From the IMG/VR virus record IMGVR_UViG_3300022543_000001, positions 1-64,000 of that record: DNA of 64,000 bases; one strand, written 5' to 3'. Origin of the DNA: a virus (Duplodnaviria; Caudoviricetes). The first letter of the stretch is position 1; each line of letters opens with the position of its first letter. A model generated the notes under the pieces. It ran no database searches. It was not told the DNA's origin and was given only the letters and a program-made list of their open reading frames with translations. The position numbers were made by a program, and so were the translations under genes. Shown here piece after piece: positions 47,514 to 58,536 of the stretch.

Positions 47514-50500
47514 TTATTTGTTATATTGCCAAAAAGGACTAGTAGTTATACCACTGAAATTTTGTTGAGCATTTTGAATAGCTTTTTGATCTCCTGTTTG
47601 ATGGATTCTTCTAAACATATCAAAATTCATAGCAGCTGCTTGATTTAAAATTGAATTCATATTTTGTTCTTTTCCTTCAATTTCTCTACCACTTCTAACA
47701 TCTACTCCAAAATATTTATAATGTGTTTTTTTAGAACCATCAGGCATCATCTCATAGAATTCTCCTACACCTGAGTAATCTCCAACTCCTGGTGTTTTCT
47801 CAATAGTATATCTACCATTACCAGCAGGATCAGTATACTTAATTGGCCCCTGTCTTAGGAGGACTTCTGTTGGAGTTGGGAACTGTTTTGAAAATAATGG
47901 ATTGCTGTCCCAAATATTTTTAGGTGCAACGAATGTAATACCATTTTGGTAAATAGCATCAATCTTATTTTTAAGAGCTTTTTCATCTCCACCATCTGCC
48001 ATACCTTTAATAACCTTTTCAATTACATCTCTCGGAGCTGTAAGTTTCATAGATCCAAGCTTAGTACTTTCCATTGACATAGTTGTAGCATGAACCATAA
48101 AAGGTTTTAATTCAGGATCTGAATTTAATCTTGATTGAAGTTCTCTTACAATAGCCGTTGCTTCATTTTGTGTAACACCTGTATTTTCCCAATCCTCATC
48201 TGAACCAGGTAGTTTATTTCCATTAATAGAAATTCTAAACTTGTTTTTATCTTGATTCCAGTTTGTACTTAAAATAGTATTAAACATTTGAGAAGCTGAC
48301 TGATTTCCTGGATCCCAAGCAATACCTGGAGCAACCATCATAGTACCGGTTTCTGCAGCTAAAGCTACTTTATTACCAGATCTTTGAGTTCCACTAATAG
48401 GATATGTTTGTAAACCTGTTTCAGGATTCATATCTTTTGCAAGTTCTTCAAATGATTGATCAAATACATCAGCTACCCAAGAAGCTTTATCTTTTACAGT
48501 TTCTCTACCATCACCTAACATTCTTGGAAGTGCTGTTAATGGAACAACATAGTTATACCATTTTGAATCAGCTTTTTGATTTGTAGATTTTCCAACACTA
48601 AAACCTAGAATAGATGATATTTGTGCATCTACTTCAGGAGCCATTGCTTTAAATTCATCTGTATTACCATGACTATCTAAAGCATATTTAGACATCATCA
48701 AGTTTACAGCTTGTTGAATTTTAGCATCATTAATATTTCTGTATGCTTCTGGATCTTTAGTTTTTACATTACTTACAATGTACTTTAAATCCTCTGTAAA
48801 TTTATTTCTGATTTTATCATAATTGTTATTTCTAACAACATTCAAAGCATCATCAGTTCTAGCAAGTTGATCTAACTTAATCATAGACTGATCTTTAAAA
48901 TACTCTTGTGCCAATCCACTTCCAGAGTGTTGAGCAGTCCAACTTTGCATCAAATTATTTACATTGTATATCTGACCTGAGTTAACAGTTCTAGTTGTAA
49001 ATCCATTAGGATCAGCTTTATAGCCACTCCAAATTTGATTCCATACTTTAACAATGTCTGGTTTGTAATTTTTACTTCCTTCTTTTAAAATTCTTTTTGC
49101 AGTTGGTTCACTTGGATTTAATTTTAATACAAATTGAGCTAACTGAGCAGCAGTAAATGAATCACTAGTCACACCATTATTGATAAACTTCATCAAGTTG
49201 TTTACCGGTTCAGTAGCATTTTGACTAATCATTTGATCTCTCATGTATTTATTTGCTGCATCAAGAGACATTTCTTCAGCTGTTGTTCCATCTGGTGTAA
49301 CCATGTTAATATTAAAACCTTGACTTTGAGGGTTTGTGTTTAATTGACCATCTTTAGTAAAGCCCCAATATCCTTTTTTAACATTGTAGTCTACAGCTTT
49401 TTGATACATTTTTGCTTGATTTGCCCTATCTATTTCAGACTCTCTATCAAGGTGAGCTTGTTGTTGTCTAGCTCTAGCATGTTTGTCTCTTAAAAACTCT
49501 AAACCTACAGGATTAGCTTTGTATTCAATTTCTTGATTAAGTGTTGCATAATTACCAGATGCTCTCATTATATCTTGTTCTGCAAAAACAGAAGCAAAAC
49601 CAGCATCTACTTTTAATCTAGCTAATTCTATGTCACTTAAAATATCTTCATCATAACCTTGTGCTGCACTTGTAGATTGTTTATCATTAATCTGATCATT
49701 TAACTTTTGTGTATTATCAGCTACAGCAGTGTTAACAGCAAACAAATCTTCTAATGATCTACCATAGTTACTTTGTTGTGGATTTACATTACCATTATTC
49801 ACATCTTTTTCAAGATTACCTTGCAAACTTTTGGTAGTATTTAAGTCATCTTGAGCCTTAACATTTTTATCAGAAGCATAATTTTTTAACCAATCATATT
49901 TTTCTTTAATGTATTGTTTCTCTGCTTCTGATTTATTACCTCCAAACTTAGATGCATTTTGATTAGCATAGTTCATTCTTTCTACAAATGCTCTTTCTCT
50001 ATACATATCTTGTATATCTGGTCTATTTGCATACTCAGCCATGAACATATTCTGAAGTGTTGGTAATATTAACTCTCCATTTTTCTTTCTTACTAAATAT
50101 AAACCAGATTGATCTGGAAGTTGTGATACAGCTCCTACATTAAACTTTTTAGCTAAGTCCATGTATTCTTGAACAGCATTTACAAAAGGTGTATACTGAG
50201 CATTAGTCATATTTAAAGTACCTTCTAAATCAGCATCTTTAAACATTTGTCTTCTTAACTCTAAACCTTGAATACCAGTTCCCCACCATTGTTTTCTTTG
50301 CTTTTCATCTTGAGAATTTTTTAATGCATTAGCTGAATTGTAAGTATTCTTCCAATTTTTAGTCCAAGCCATATCTTTCATAAGATACTTATCTTCATAA
50401 AAAGGTTTGAATACTTGCATAGCTTGATTTACATTCTGCTCTAGAGAAAGGTCAAGTCCGGATACTCTTTTTAAATTAAAGTCAATTTGTTTTAAAAGCT

Positions 50501-50696
50501 CATCTTTTTTCTTGATGTTTAAATCATGTGTTAAGTCAGCACCATAAAGTTGACCATATAGATTATTCAGTGATTGCCAGTTTGAATCATACTGAGTTTG
50601 TTTAGTCTGCATCAAGCTTCCGTAGAAGTTTAAGTCAGGCTGAAACGGCTGATAATCTGGTATATAATCTGTAACCCCTTGTAAATACGTTGCCAT
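47514..50696 (-). CDS. Internal virion/ejection-type protein
   Basis: 1060 aa, no Cys seen, N-terminus YIPDYQPFQPDLNF; first gene of the giant ejection cluster. Confidence 0.6.
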   Translation of the reverse strand: MATYLQGVTDYIPDYQPFQPDLNFYGSLMQTKQTQYDSNWQSLNNLYGQLYGADLTHDLNIKKKDELLKQIDFNLKRVSGLDLSLEQNVNQAMQVFKPFYEDKYLMKDMAWTKNWKNTYNSANALKNSQDEKQRKQWWGTGIQGLELRRQMFKDADLEGTLNMTNAQYTPFVNAVQEYMDLAKKFNVGAVSQLPDQSGLYLVRKKNGELILPTLQNMFMAEYANRPDIQDMYRERAFVERMNYANQNASKFGGNKSEAEKQYIKEKYDWLKNYASDKNVKAQDDLNTTKSLQGNLEKDVNNGNVNPQQSNYGRSLEDLFAVNTAVADNTQKLNDQINDKQSTSAAQGYDEDILSDIELARLKVDAGFASVFAEQDIMRASGNYATLNQEIEYKANPVGLEFLRDKHARARQQQAHLDRESEIDRANQAKMYQKAVDYNVKKGYWGFTKDGQLNTNPQSQGFNINMVTPDGTTAEEMSLDAANKYMRDQMISQNATEPVNNLMKFINNGVTSDSFTAAQLAQFVLKLNPSEPTAKRILKEGSKNYKPDIVKVWNQIWSGYKADPNGFTTRTVNSGQIYNVNNLMQSWTAQHSGSGLAQEYFKDQSMIKLDQLARTDDALNVVRNNNYDKIRNKFTEDLKYIVSNVKTKDPEAYRNINDAKIQQAVNLMMSKYALDSHGNTDEFKAMAPEVDAQISSILGFSVGKSTNQKADSKWYNYVVPLTALPRMLGDGRETVKDKASWVADVFDQSFEELAKDMNPETGLQTYPISGTQRSGNKVALAAETGTMMVAPGIAWDPGNQSASQMFNTILSTNWNQDKNKFRISINGNKLPGSDEDWENTGVTQNEATAIVRELQSRLNSDPELKPFMVHATTMSMESTKLGSMKLTAPRDVIEKVIKGMADGGDEKALKNKIDAIYQNGITFVAPKNIWDSNPLFSKQFPTPTEVLLRQGPIKYTDPAGNGRYTIEKTPGVGDYSGVGEFYEMMPDGSKKTHYKYFGVDVRSGREIEGKEQNMNSILNQAAAMNFDMFRRIHQTGDQKAIQNAQQNFSGITTSPFWQYNK

Positions 50697-50710
50697 AATT
50701 TATCTTTGTG

Positions 50711-50755
50711 TAAATCTATTAAAATTTTTTAAGTTTACTAAACCTTTAAAGTTTA
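50711..50755 (-). promoter_or_regulatory. Candidate promoter (TAAACTTT ... TAGATTTA)
   Basis: Same layout as 58537-58581; -7-like box 14 nt before ATG 50696. Confidence 0.45.
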
Positions 50756-53700
50756 TAGTAAAAATGGAAGCCATGAACTGATGTCAATATAACCACTATT
50801 GTTACCTATTGAACCACCTCTTTTTGCTTCTTGTTGTGTTCCATACATAGTGTTTGCCATATTTGGATCTGGTGCAGTACTTGTTTTACCTGACTTACCT
50901 TGTGAATTCATAACTCTTGACATACATGCTGAATGATCTGTTGCATTAGGATTGTTTTGTTTACACCAATCCATTGCTTCTTGCATTGTCATTGCACTAC
51001 TAGCACCTTGTCCATTAACTGTTTTAGGAGTTGGATTAAAAGCCATTCTTCCACCTACAGTAGGATCAACTTTATAGTTAGGATACATCTGATTTAATGC
51101 ATCTGTTTTCCACTTATTAGTAATACCTTGAGTATAATAGTTTCTAACATTGTTTCTCATTGCTAATTTAGCATTGTCAAACTGTTGATTAGCAACTGTA
51201 TTTTGATCATATAATCTTTGATTAGTTGCTTGATTCAACATACTACTTTGATTCCTAATGTCATTTGCTTTTAACTCAAATTGATTAGCAATATTAACAT
51301 TAGCATTATTATACTTAGACAATATATCAGCAGCATTTTTAGCAGCAGCACCCTGAACACTTGATGATCTAGCAGACAAAGCTTGAGGTCCAGCAAACTG
51401 TGCCATAGCATTTGTTTGAATAGCTGCTTGTTCAGCATTAGCACCAAGTTCTCTTGTAGGATCTTGAAATACTGGTCTTGGTACACCCAATGCTACTGGA
51501 GGTGCAGCTGGCATTCTTTTCTTAAGACCCATTAGATCTCCAAATGCTCCTGTAGTTTTGATAGTATCTTGTAACCACATTCCAGGAGGTTGTCCTGGTA
51601 CAGGGATAGTTGAATCTTCTTGACAAGGAGGACAATTACCATTTGCATCAGCAGTCATCTCTATTACAGTACCATCAGCTTTTTGACATGGACATGGTTT
51701 ACCTTTTGGTGGTTCACATGTACAGTTACCTTGAGCATCTTTTGGTTTATAATTAGGTTTATTTGGATCATCACATTGACATGGTTCTTCTCCAGGTACA
51801 TCCTCAAATTTTAAATCATGTACAGCTTGAATTTCTCCTTGTGTTGTGTTTGTATAGTATGCATCAATAGGAGAAATGTTTGTTACATTCATTCCTTTCT
51901 CATCACTGAAACCAACTTGTTTACCATAAGGATTAAATCCGGAGAAACTTGTAATACCTAATAATGCTGTTTGTGTATCTTCATCATAGTTACCTGGATT
52001 TGCATCAAGGTCTTTCATTAATTTATCAGCTGCAATAAACCCAGCCTGTTGTATATAGGCTTCTTCAGCATAAGCATCATCAGCTGAACCTGATAAGTAT
52101 TTATTACCAGCTTTATCAGTTTTTACTTTTCTTTCCATAGGTAAACCCATGTCTTTTGAAAGCTTATCTAATGAAGTAAAACCAGATGACTCAACTTTTT
52201 TATACATCTCTGTGATCTCTTGATCAGTTGCATTTGGATTTGTTTGTTTTATAATACTCTTAAATCCTAATTCATCTCCATCAATTTTACCATTTTTATT
52301 TTTATCTGGTTGATCTTCCATTGGTCTTAATTCACCATTTCCATCTTTGTACAAATGAGGACCAAAACCTTTTACTCCAAGTTTATCACCGTAAGTTGTA
52401 GTTTTCAAGTTACGTTCTTGCATTCTAAGATACTTAGATACAATCTCGTCATCAGTTAAGTCGTTAGGATCTTTTTTAAATTTCTTTTGATAAGTTTCAG
52501 AATATGAATCTCTTTTTCCTTTGTATGCTTCTTGATCAGCTAATGTTCCTCTTACTTGTTTTGCAAATGCAGCTTTAGCTTTAGGATCATTAAATGTTTG
52601 TTGCATTGCTTGAAATGTAGCAGCAGCAACTTGGTTACCATTCCATTTATCTAAATCAGTTCCTGTATATTTATCAAAACCTGTAGCAGAAACTTTTTGC
52701 TCTACTCTTCTACCATCAGGTTGTATAACATAAATTTTTTCTTTACCTCTACCTCCTTGAACATAAGCTCTTCTTAATGCTTGTTTAAACTCTTCATCTG
52801 TTTTATAATCAGCACGTTTAACTTCAACACCATCTCTAGCTTTAACCATACGTGTTATAGGACCAGATCCAGGAATTCTTTTTGGTCTACCTTGATAGTT
52901 TTGAGACATACCTGCACCCATTGACATACCATACTCTGCTTCTGGTATATCATAGAAAGGCATATCATAACCACCCATAGACATTCCATAGGCAGCCATT
53001 GGTGGTGCCATTTGTTCTTCTTCCATAGGAGGTTGTTGACCCATTCCTTGTTCTTGTCCACCTTGACCTTGAGACATAACTTCTTGAATAAGACCTACAG
53101 CCTCTTCTTGAGCTACACCCATTTGAGTAAATATTTGCACTATAGCTTCAGGTGGAAGACCATTCTGTAATAAACTCATAACAACTTCAGCAGGTTCAGC
53201 ACCTCTTTGTAGAGCACCTTGAACTTCTTGCATAATCTGCATCATCTCATCTTGACCACCACCTTGTTGTTGACCTTGAGCTTGTTGTTCCATCATTGCC
53301 ATTTCTTCAGGAGATGGTTGTTGCATACCTTCTGCAGCTCTTCTTAATCTTCTCATACCACCACCATACATCATCATCATCTCTTGTTGAGACATAGGTT
53401 GTTCTTGAGCTTGTGCAACTGGTTGACCTTGATTCATTTCTTGAGCTTGCATCATTTGATTTTGCTCATTCTCTGATTCCATTGTCTGATCTGAATTCTC
53501 CTGTTGTTTCATTTGTTTCTTCAACTGGTCATTCAATACACTAATCTCTTTAGATGGTAAGATCTGTTCTTCTGTAAGACCTCTAGCTTCCATACAAGGT
53601 TTAGCAACAGCAGGAATTCCTTGAGGAAAACCTTTCATTGATTCTTGTGCCAAAGCTAAACATCCTAACTTAATGACATATTTTTTCATCATTAATTCAG

Positions 53701-54178
53701 CAGACTTTCTTTCTATAGCATCAGTATCAGGATCTTCTAAGATTTTTCTGTACTTCTGGATATCATATTGTTTAGCAAGTTCTGCAGGAGTAAAAGATTT
53801 ACCTTTACCTGTTTTACCAAACATAGAAAGTACATTAGGATCTTTTATCAGCATACCTCTAGTATCACTGAAAATAAAAGTATCTTCTGGTAAGTTTAAT
53901 GGAACACCGCCTGCACTATGTCTTGGACCTTTAATGATTTGTTGTTCCGGCATTCCATCACCATTGATGTCTCCGTATACAGTTTCACCACCCTCTGCTT
54001 CCAAGTTAGCCTCATCTCTAGGTACTGCAGTAATGTATTTACTTGCAATAAGTTTTGGTTTTCCTATATAAGCATTATAATCTGCTCCACCCATTGCTGG
54101 AACATCATTTACTAAAGCACCTTGGACTTGGTATCCAGTTTTTGCTTGAGGTACTTTTTTAATTCTAACTTTTATCAT
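50753..54178 (-). CDS. Modular putative virion cargo protein (Q/M-rich, Cys module)
   Basis: N-terminus KVRIKKVPQAKTG; NLEAEGGET...GPRHSAGGVP domain; low-complexity Q/M region; PCQC..CTC module. Confidence 0.65.
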   Translation of the reverse strand: MIKVRIKKVPQAKTGYQVQGALVNDVPAMGGADYNAYIGKPKLIASKYITAVPRDEANLEAEGGETVYGDINGDGMPEQQIIKGPRHSAGGVPLNLPEDTFIFSDTRGMLIKDPNVLSMFGKTGKGKSFTPAELAKQYDIQKYRKILEDPDTDAIERKSAELMMKKYVIKLGCLALAQESMKGFPQGIPAVAKPCMEARGLTEEQILPSKEISVLNDQLKKQMKQQENSDQTMESENEQNQMMQAQEMNQGQPVAQAQEQPMSQQEMMMMYGGGMRRLRRAAEGMQQPSPEEMAMMEQQAQGQQQGGGQDEMMQIMQEVQGALQRGAEPAEVVMSLLQNGLPPEAIVQIFTQMGVAQEEAVGLIQEVMSQGQGGQEQGMGQQPPMEEEQMAPPMAAYGMSMGGYDMPFYDIPEAEYGMSMGAGMSQNYQGRPKRIPGSGPITRMVKARDGVEVKRADYKTDEEFKQALRRAYVQGGRGKEKIYVIQPDGRRVEQKVSATGFDKYTGTDLDKWNGNQVAAATFQAMQQTFNDPKAKAAFAKQVRGTLADQEAYKGKRDSYSETYQKKFKKDPNDLTDDEIVSKYLRMQERNLKTTTYGDKLGVKGFGPHLYKDGNGELRPMEDQPDKNKNGKIDGDELGFKSIIKQTNPNATDQEITEMYKKVESSGFTSLDKLSKDMGLPMERKVKTDKAGNKYLSGSADDAYAEEAYIQQAGFIAADKLMKDLDANPGNYDEDTQTALLGITSFSGFNPYGKQVGFSDEKGMNVTNISPIDAYYTNTTQGEIQAVHDLKFEDVPGEEPCQCDDPNKPNYKPKDAQGNCTCEPPKGKPCPCQKADGTVIEMTADANGNCPPCQEDSTIPVPGQPPGMWLQDTIKTTGAFGDLMGLKKRMPAAPPVALGVPRPVFQDPTRELGANAEQAAIQTNAMAQFAGPQALSARSSSVQGAAAKNAADILSKYNNANVNIANQFELKANDIRNQSSMLNQATNQRLYDQNTVANQQFDNAKLAMRNNVRNYYTQGITNKWKTDALNQMYPNYKVDPTVGGRMAFNPTPKTVNGQGASSAMTMQEAMDWCKQNNPNATDHSACMSRVMNSQGKSGKTSTAPDPNMANTMYGTQQEAKRGGSIGNNSGYIDISSWLPFLL

Positions 54179-54186
54179 CGGGTTCT

Positions 54187-57100
54187 TTATAAATATTCAA
54201 CTTGTCCTCCTGCTGCTAAGAATTGTTCTAATTCTTCTGGAGTCATATATACTTCTTCGTCATCCATGTAGCCACCATTTTGCATGTAACCACCATATTG
54301 AGCAGCATTACTATTTGCATAATTACCAAATGTTGCTCTACTGTTTCTGTCGGATCCCATTTCATCATATCTAAACATACCTGTTTTAGAACCAATATCT
54401 CCCCAGTCACCTTTATCAGTTTGAGTAGATGCCATTACATTAGCCATTGGATCAAACTTGTCTAACAACATGTTATTTTCAATAGGTGCATTCTGTGCTC
54501 TTTCATACATACCTAATCCAAAATTAGCTGCACTATTAAAAGCATTAACTCCTGCTTCACCATCAAAGTTTCTAGCTGTTTTACGTTGTCTTTCTACACC
54601 AACATATTGATTTTGATTAGGTGCAGGTGTGGGTTCAGGTGCTTGTGGAATAATTTGTTGACCTTGACTACCTACTGTATTACCAGTATTTGCAGTTTCA
54701 GCATAAGAACCTGTTCCAGTCTGAGTTATAAAACTAAATGGGTTTTGTTGTTGAGGCATTTTATTTGGTGCAGGAGCTCCAAACAAATCATTTTCAAATT
54801 GAGATTGTTGAGAATATGGATTATAGCCTGATTGATTTTGACCAGCACCCATACCAAAGCCAGTACCAACTTCAAAAGCACCACCCATTCTTTTAAAAGA
54901 AGGATTTTTAACTCTATCCACTAAACTTTTTAATGTACCATATGCATTCTTTACATTATCAACTGCATCTCTAGCACCATAATAAGCTTGATCAGTCTTG
55001 TATCTAGCACCACGTCCTTGTTCATATCTCTCTGCTTGTCTTAGATTTCTTTGACCACGTCTAGTTTGTTCATCCCATTCTTGATCACTAAATTGAAATC
55101 TTTCTTTTGCTGCATCTTCTAAACGATCTCTTCTACTTGTCTTTTCAGGTTTCTCATTATCCTTGTAATTAACCATAGACCAACCATCTTGAAGTGCATC
55201 TTTTACCATTCTTTTAGTAATACGACCAGGATTAGATTTGTTTCCTGAACCTCTACGGTTATCTAACATACCTTCAAGTTGTGCTAAATCACCCATAGGA
55301 ACTCCAGTACCATCACCATCAACTTGATAGATATCAATCCATTTTTTTCTACCACCTAGCAAACCTTTCTTGGTTGTATAACTAGCAACAGGTTTATCTG
55401 GAATAAGACCATTGTAAGATCTACCATCATTTAAATAATATGGAGTACCCTTTTGTTTAACCCAAGATCCAGCTGATCCAACTATTGGATTCCATGGTAA
55501 TAAGTTACGTCCGTAACTACCTGGATTTGGAACTTGTGTAAAGTTATAATTCATTTTTGCTATAGGAATACACATTTTATATTTATCATTCCAAACAGTA
55601 CCAGGACCACACTGAGTCTTTTTTGGTTGCAAGCTTGCACTTGAGTTTAATACACAAGCACTTCCATTCCAGGTATATCCTGCTGGACACTTCTCAGTAC
55701 TTCCTTCTTCTTCTTCCTCTTGACCTTCTCCACTGTAAGCAGCATAATCATTCAAAGTCTTATTATAGAAGTCAAGATAGTTATCATAATCTTCTTTTCT
55801 AGAAGGGTCACTTTTCCATGATTCAAAATCTCCTTCTGGATTTGCAGCTTGCCAATCTTCTTTTTCTCCTTCTGCCCACTGATCAAATGGTAATTCATCA
55901 GCCACTGTTCTATGTTCTCCAGCTTGATTTAAAATATTTATACCATCTCTAGCTTGTTCTAGATCATATGGTTCATAGTATTCACTCTCATCACCACCAT
56001 ATATAAATCTAACAAGTGGTTCTTTAGCATCCATATCCACAAATCCTCCAAATGCTGCAGTAAAATCTGTATTCATTTGTTCTTCTTCAGCAAGATTTTC
56101 TTTATAACCATCTTGCATCAGCATGTTTAAAATCTTTGGATTGTTCTGAGCATTCTTGTAAATATCTTTTGATATAGCTTTATTAGAATTATTTTTTAAT
56201 GTACTAATAAAAGAAGATTTCATGTTAGCAACATCATTTGTCAAAGTATCTTTTCTATTACCTTGACCTAAAGTTGCATCTCCACCTTCAGCATACATAG
56301 AAACCATTCTATCAATAAATCTATTTTTAGAAACACCACCTTTTGCAAAGTCATTTGGCAAAGCTACATTTTGTGTATTTGGATTTACAATATTTGAATC
56401 TTGATATCTATAGTAATTATAATCACTTGGAGTTTGTCCTTTTAAGAACTTCATACTATCAGGTGTCTGTAATGTATTTGGATCAACAGTAACTCCTTCT
56501 CTAATAGGAGTAGGATCTAAAACTCTACTTGGTCCTACATCAGTACCACATGTACATTTACCAAGAGCATTTTTAGGTTGGAAGTTTGGTGCATTAGGAT
56601 CCTCACATTGACAAGGATGTGCTAATGCATCATAAGTATTATAACCAACATAACCTAAACCACCACCAATAAGTGTAGTCTTTAAACCTAATCTATACTT
56701 ATAGTTAATAGCATTCTTAATATCAGATGCTGTTTGTGAATAAGGAATAGCAGCAGGATCTTGAATGTTTGGTCCAAGAGCCATGTTTGCATAACCATAT
56801 ACAGGTTGATCAATATTTTCAATTCCTTTTGCACCAGTTCTGAATAATTGGTTTAATCCAGTTGTTCCATATGTTTCTAAACCTCTACCAATTTTTCCTC
56901 TATTACTTAAATCATTCCATGTAGTTGGAGGTAAACCTGTTATATCAGTTCTTCTTACACCATTTATATCATCAAAATAATTAGGAAATGGAGTACGATT
57001 CATATCTTTTAAAGTTATATCACCCAACATTCCTGTTAATGAAGAACCAATTGGTCTTGTAACTTTTGATTTTGTTTGAACACCTGTTGTTAATGGATTA

Positions 57101-58521
57101 CCTAATGGATCAAATACATTTAAACCACCAGTTTCAGGATTTTGATTATAATAGAATCTGTTTTTAAATGTAACCTCTTTAGCTTTTGGAGGAGTTGTAC
57201 CAAAAGGTAAACTTTGATTAGGACCAAAAGTATATTTTAATTCAAAAAATTTATTTCCTGACTCATCTTCCCCACCAATAACTTTTGTTTGTGGAGGATA
57301 TACACCACTAACTAAGCCCTCATGTCTAGACATAATGCTGTTAAGCTCTTCTAATGTAAAAGGTTCATTATTACCGTACTGTAATTTACTAATTAAATCT
57401 TTAACATCTGCTTGATCTAATACTAACCTATCAGCTTGTAAGCTACCATCAGTTCCACCAGCATATGTTCCGTTCTGACTAAACACTCCTGTTTTTGGAG
57501 TAGCTCCATTAATAACATTCCAAAGTTCAGTTCTATTCTGTGTAAATGGAGTAGCTAATTTTGGAGCAAACTTTCCTCCTACATAAGGTAACCTAGTCAT
57601 TGCATCACCAATACCAGTAAATACAGGTAAAGCTTTACGTACTGTAGATATATTAGATAAAGGATTAGCTTTGTTAGCATATCCAACAGTTGGTATGTAC
57701 TCAGCTAATTTTTGAAGTGCTGATTTAACAGGAGGTGTTTCTAATCCTAATCGTGCTTGTGGTAAATATTCTTGTGGTTGATAAGAATCAGATGAACTTC
57801 TGTAGTCACCCAGATAAGATGCTAGATCTGGAAATGCTTGCATCTCTTGTGTACCTGGTGTCATAGCAATTAAATCTTCCATAGAGAAAGGTTTTTCTTC
57901 AGGTGTTCTTCCTGGAGTACCATACTGACTCATTACAGCTTGTTCTTTACTTGGTTCTTGATTAGGATTCATATCTTCAAATTCAGGATACTCTCCACCA
58001 TCATCAAAGTAACCACCATATTTAAAAGCTTCTTCCTCTTCATCCTGTGTCATTTCCAAAGCAGAATTCTGATTCATCTGTGCATCTTCTTCATCATATA
58101 GACCACCATCAGATATTGCTAATTCTTCTTGTTCTGCATCTGAAGCTGCTCTTTCATTTTCTTCATCTGCTTGTTGTTGTGGATCAACACCTGGTTCTGG
58201 TTGAGCTTTATCTTTAACTACTTCAGGATCTACATAACCTTCTTCAGCAAGTTTAGACATAGCAGATTTAATAAGCATCACAGATGTATTCTCATCTAAT
58301 GCATACTCATTAATAAGTTGATTATATAAAATATCAGGTGTAGCATCATTTTTTAATGATATATAAACCTGATCATATATTTGATTTAGTTTAGCTGGAT
58401 CCATACTTGGAGCTGCTACTTCCATACCCATTGCTGCTTTTTTTAAAAACTCAGCAGTTTTGTTATAGTACCCTGGAGTTTCACCTGGAAGTGCTTTTCT
58501 AATCCTTACTTGTTTCTTCAT
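54187..58521 (-). CDS. Modular putative virion cargo protein (multiple xxGG motifs, Cys modules)
   Basis: 1444 aa; FKYGG, FAKGG, YAEGG, AAFGG, AQYGG; CPAGYTWNGSAC and CGPGTVWNDKYKMC. Confidence 0.65.
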   Translation of the reverse strand: MKKQVRIRKALPGETPGYYNKTAEFLKKAAMGMEVAAPSMDPAKLNQIYDQVYISLKNDATPDILYNQLINEYALDENTSVMLIKSAMSKLAEEGYVDPEVVKDKAQPEPGVDPQQQADEENERAASDAEQEELAISDGGLYDEEDAQMNQNSALEMTQDEEEEAFKYGGYFDDGGEYPEFEDMNPNQEPSKEQAVMSQYGTPGRTPEEKPFSMEDLIAMTPGTQEMQAFPDLASYLGDYRSSSDSYQPQEYLPQARLGLETPPVKSALQKLAEYIPTVGYANKANPLSNISTVRKALPVFTGIGDAMTRLPYVGGKFAPKLATPFTQNRTELWNVINGATPKTGVFSQNGTYAGGTDGSLQADRLVLDQADVKDLISKLQYGNNEPFTLEELNSIMSRHEGLVSGVYPPQTKVIGGEDESGNKFFELKYTFGPNQSLPFGTTPPKAKEVTFKNRFYYNQNPETGGLNVFDPLGNPLTTGVQTKSKVTRPIGSSLTGMLGDITLKDMNRTPFPNYFDDINGVRRTDITGLPPTTWNDLSNRGKIGRGLETYGTTGLNQLFRTGAKGIENIDQPVYGYANMALGPNIQDPAAIPYSQTASDIKNAINYKYRLGLKTTLIGGGLGYVGYNTYDALAHPCQCEDPNAPNFQPKNALGKCTCGTDVGPSRVLDPTPIREGVTVDPNTLQTPDSMKFLKGQTPSDYNYYRYQDSNIVNPNTQNVALPNDFAKGGVSKNRFIDRMVSMYAEGGDATLGQGNRKDTLTNDVANMKSSFISTLKNNSNKAISKDIYKNAQNNPKILNMLMQDGYKENLAEEEQMNTDFTAAFGGFVDMDAKEPLVRFIYGGDESEYYEPYDLEQARDGINILNQAGEHRTVADELPFDQWAEGEKEDWQAANPEGDFESWKSDPSRKEDYDNYLDFYNKTLNDYAAYSGEGQEEEEEGSTEKCPAGYTWNGSACVLNSSASLQPKKTQCGPGTVWNDKYKMCIPIAKMNYNFTQVPNPGSYGRNLLPWNPIVGSAGSWVKQKGTPYYLNDGRSYNGLIPDKPVASYTTKKGLLGGRKKWIDIYQVDGDGTGVPMGDLAQLEGMLDNRRGSGNKSNPGRITKRMVKDALQDGWSMVNYKDNEKPEKTSRRDRLEDAAKERFQFSDQEWDEQTRRGQRNLRQAERYEQGRGARYKTDQAYYGARDAVDNVKNAYGTLKSLVDRVKNPSFKRMGGAFEVGTGFGMGAGQNQSGYNPYSQQSQFENDLFGAPAPNKMPQQQNPFSFITQTGTGSYAETANTGNTVGSQGQQIIPQAPEPTPAPNQNQYVGVERQRKTARNFDGEAGVNAFNSAANFGLGMYERAQNAPIENNMLLDKFDPMANVMASTQTDKGDWGDIGSKTGMFRYDEMGSDRNSRATFGNYANSNAAQYGGYMQNGGYMDDEEVYMTPEELEQFLAAGGQVEYL

Positions 58522-58536
58522 AACATGTTATATATA

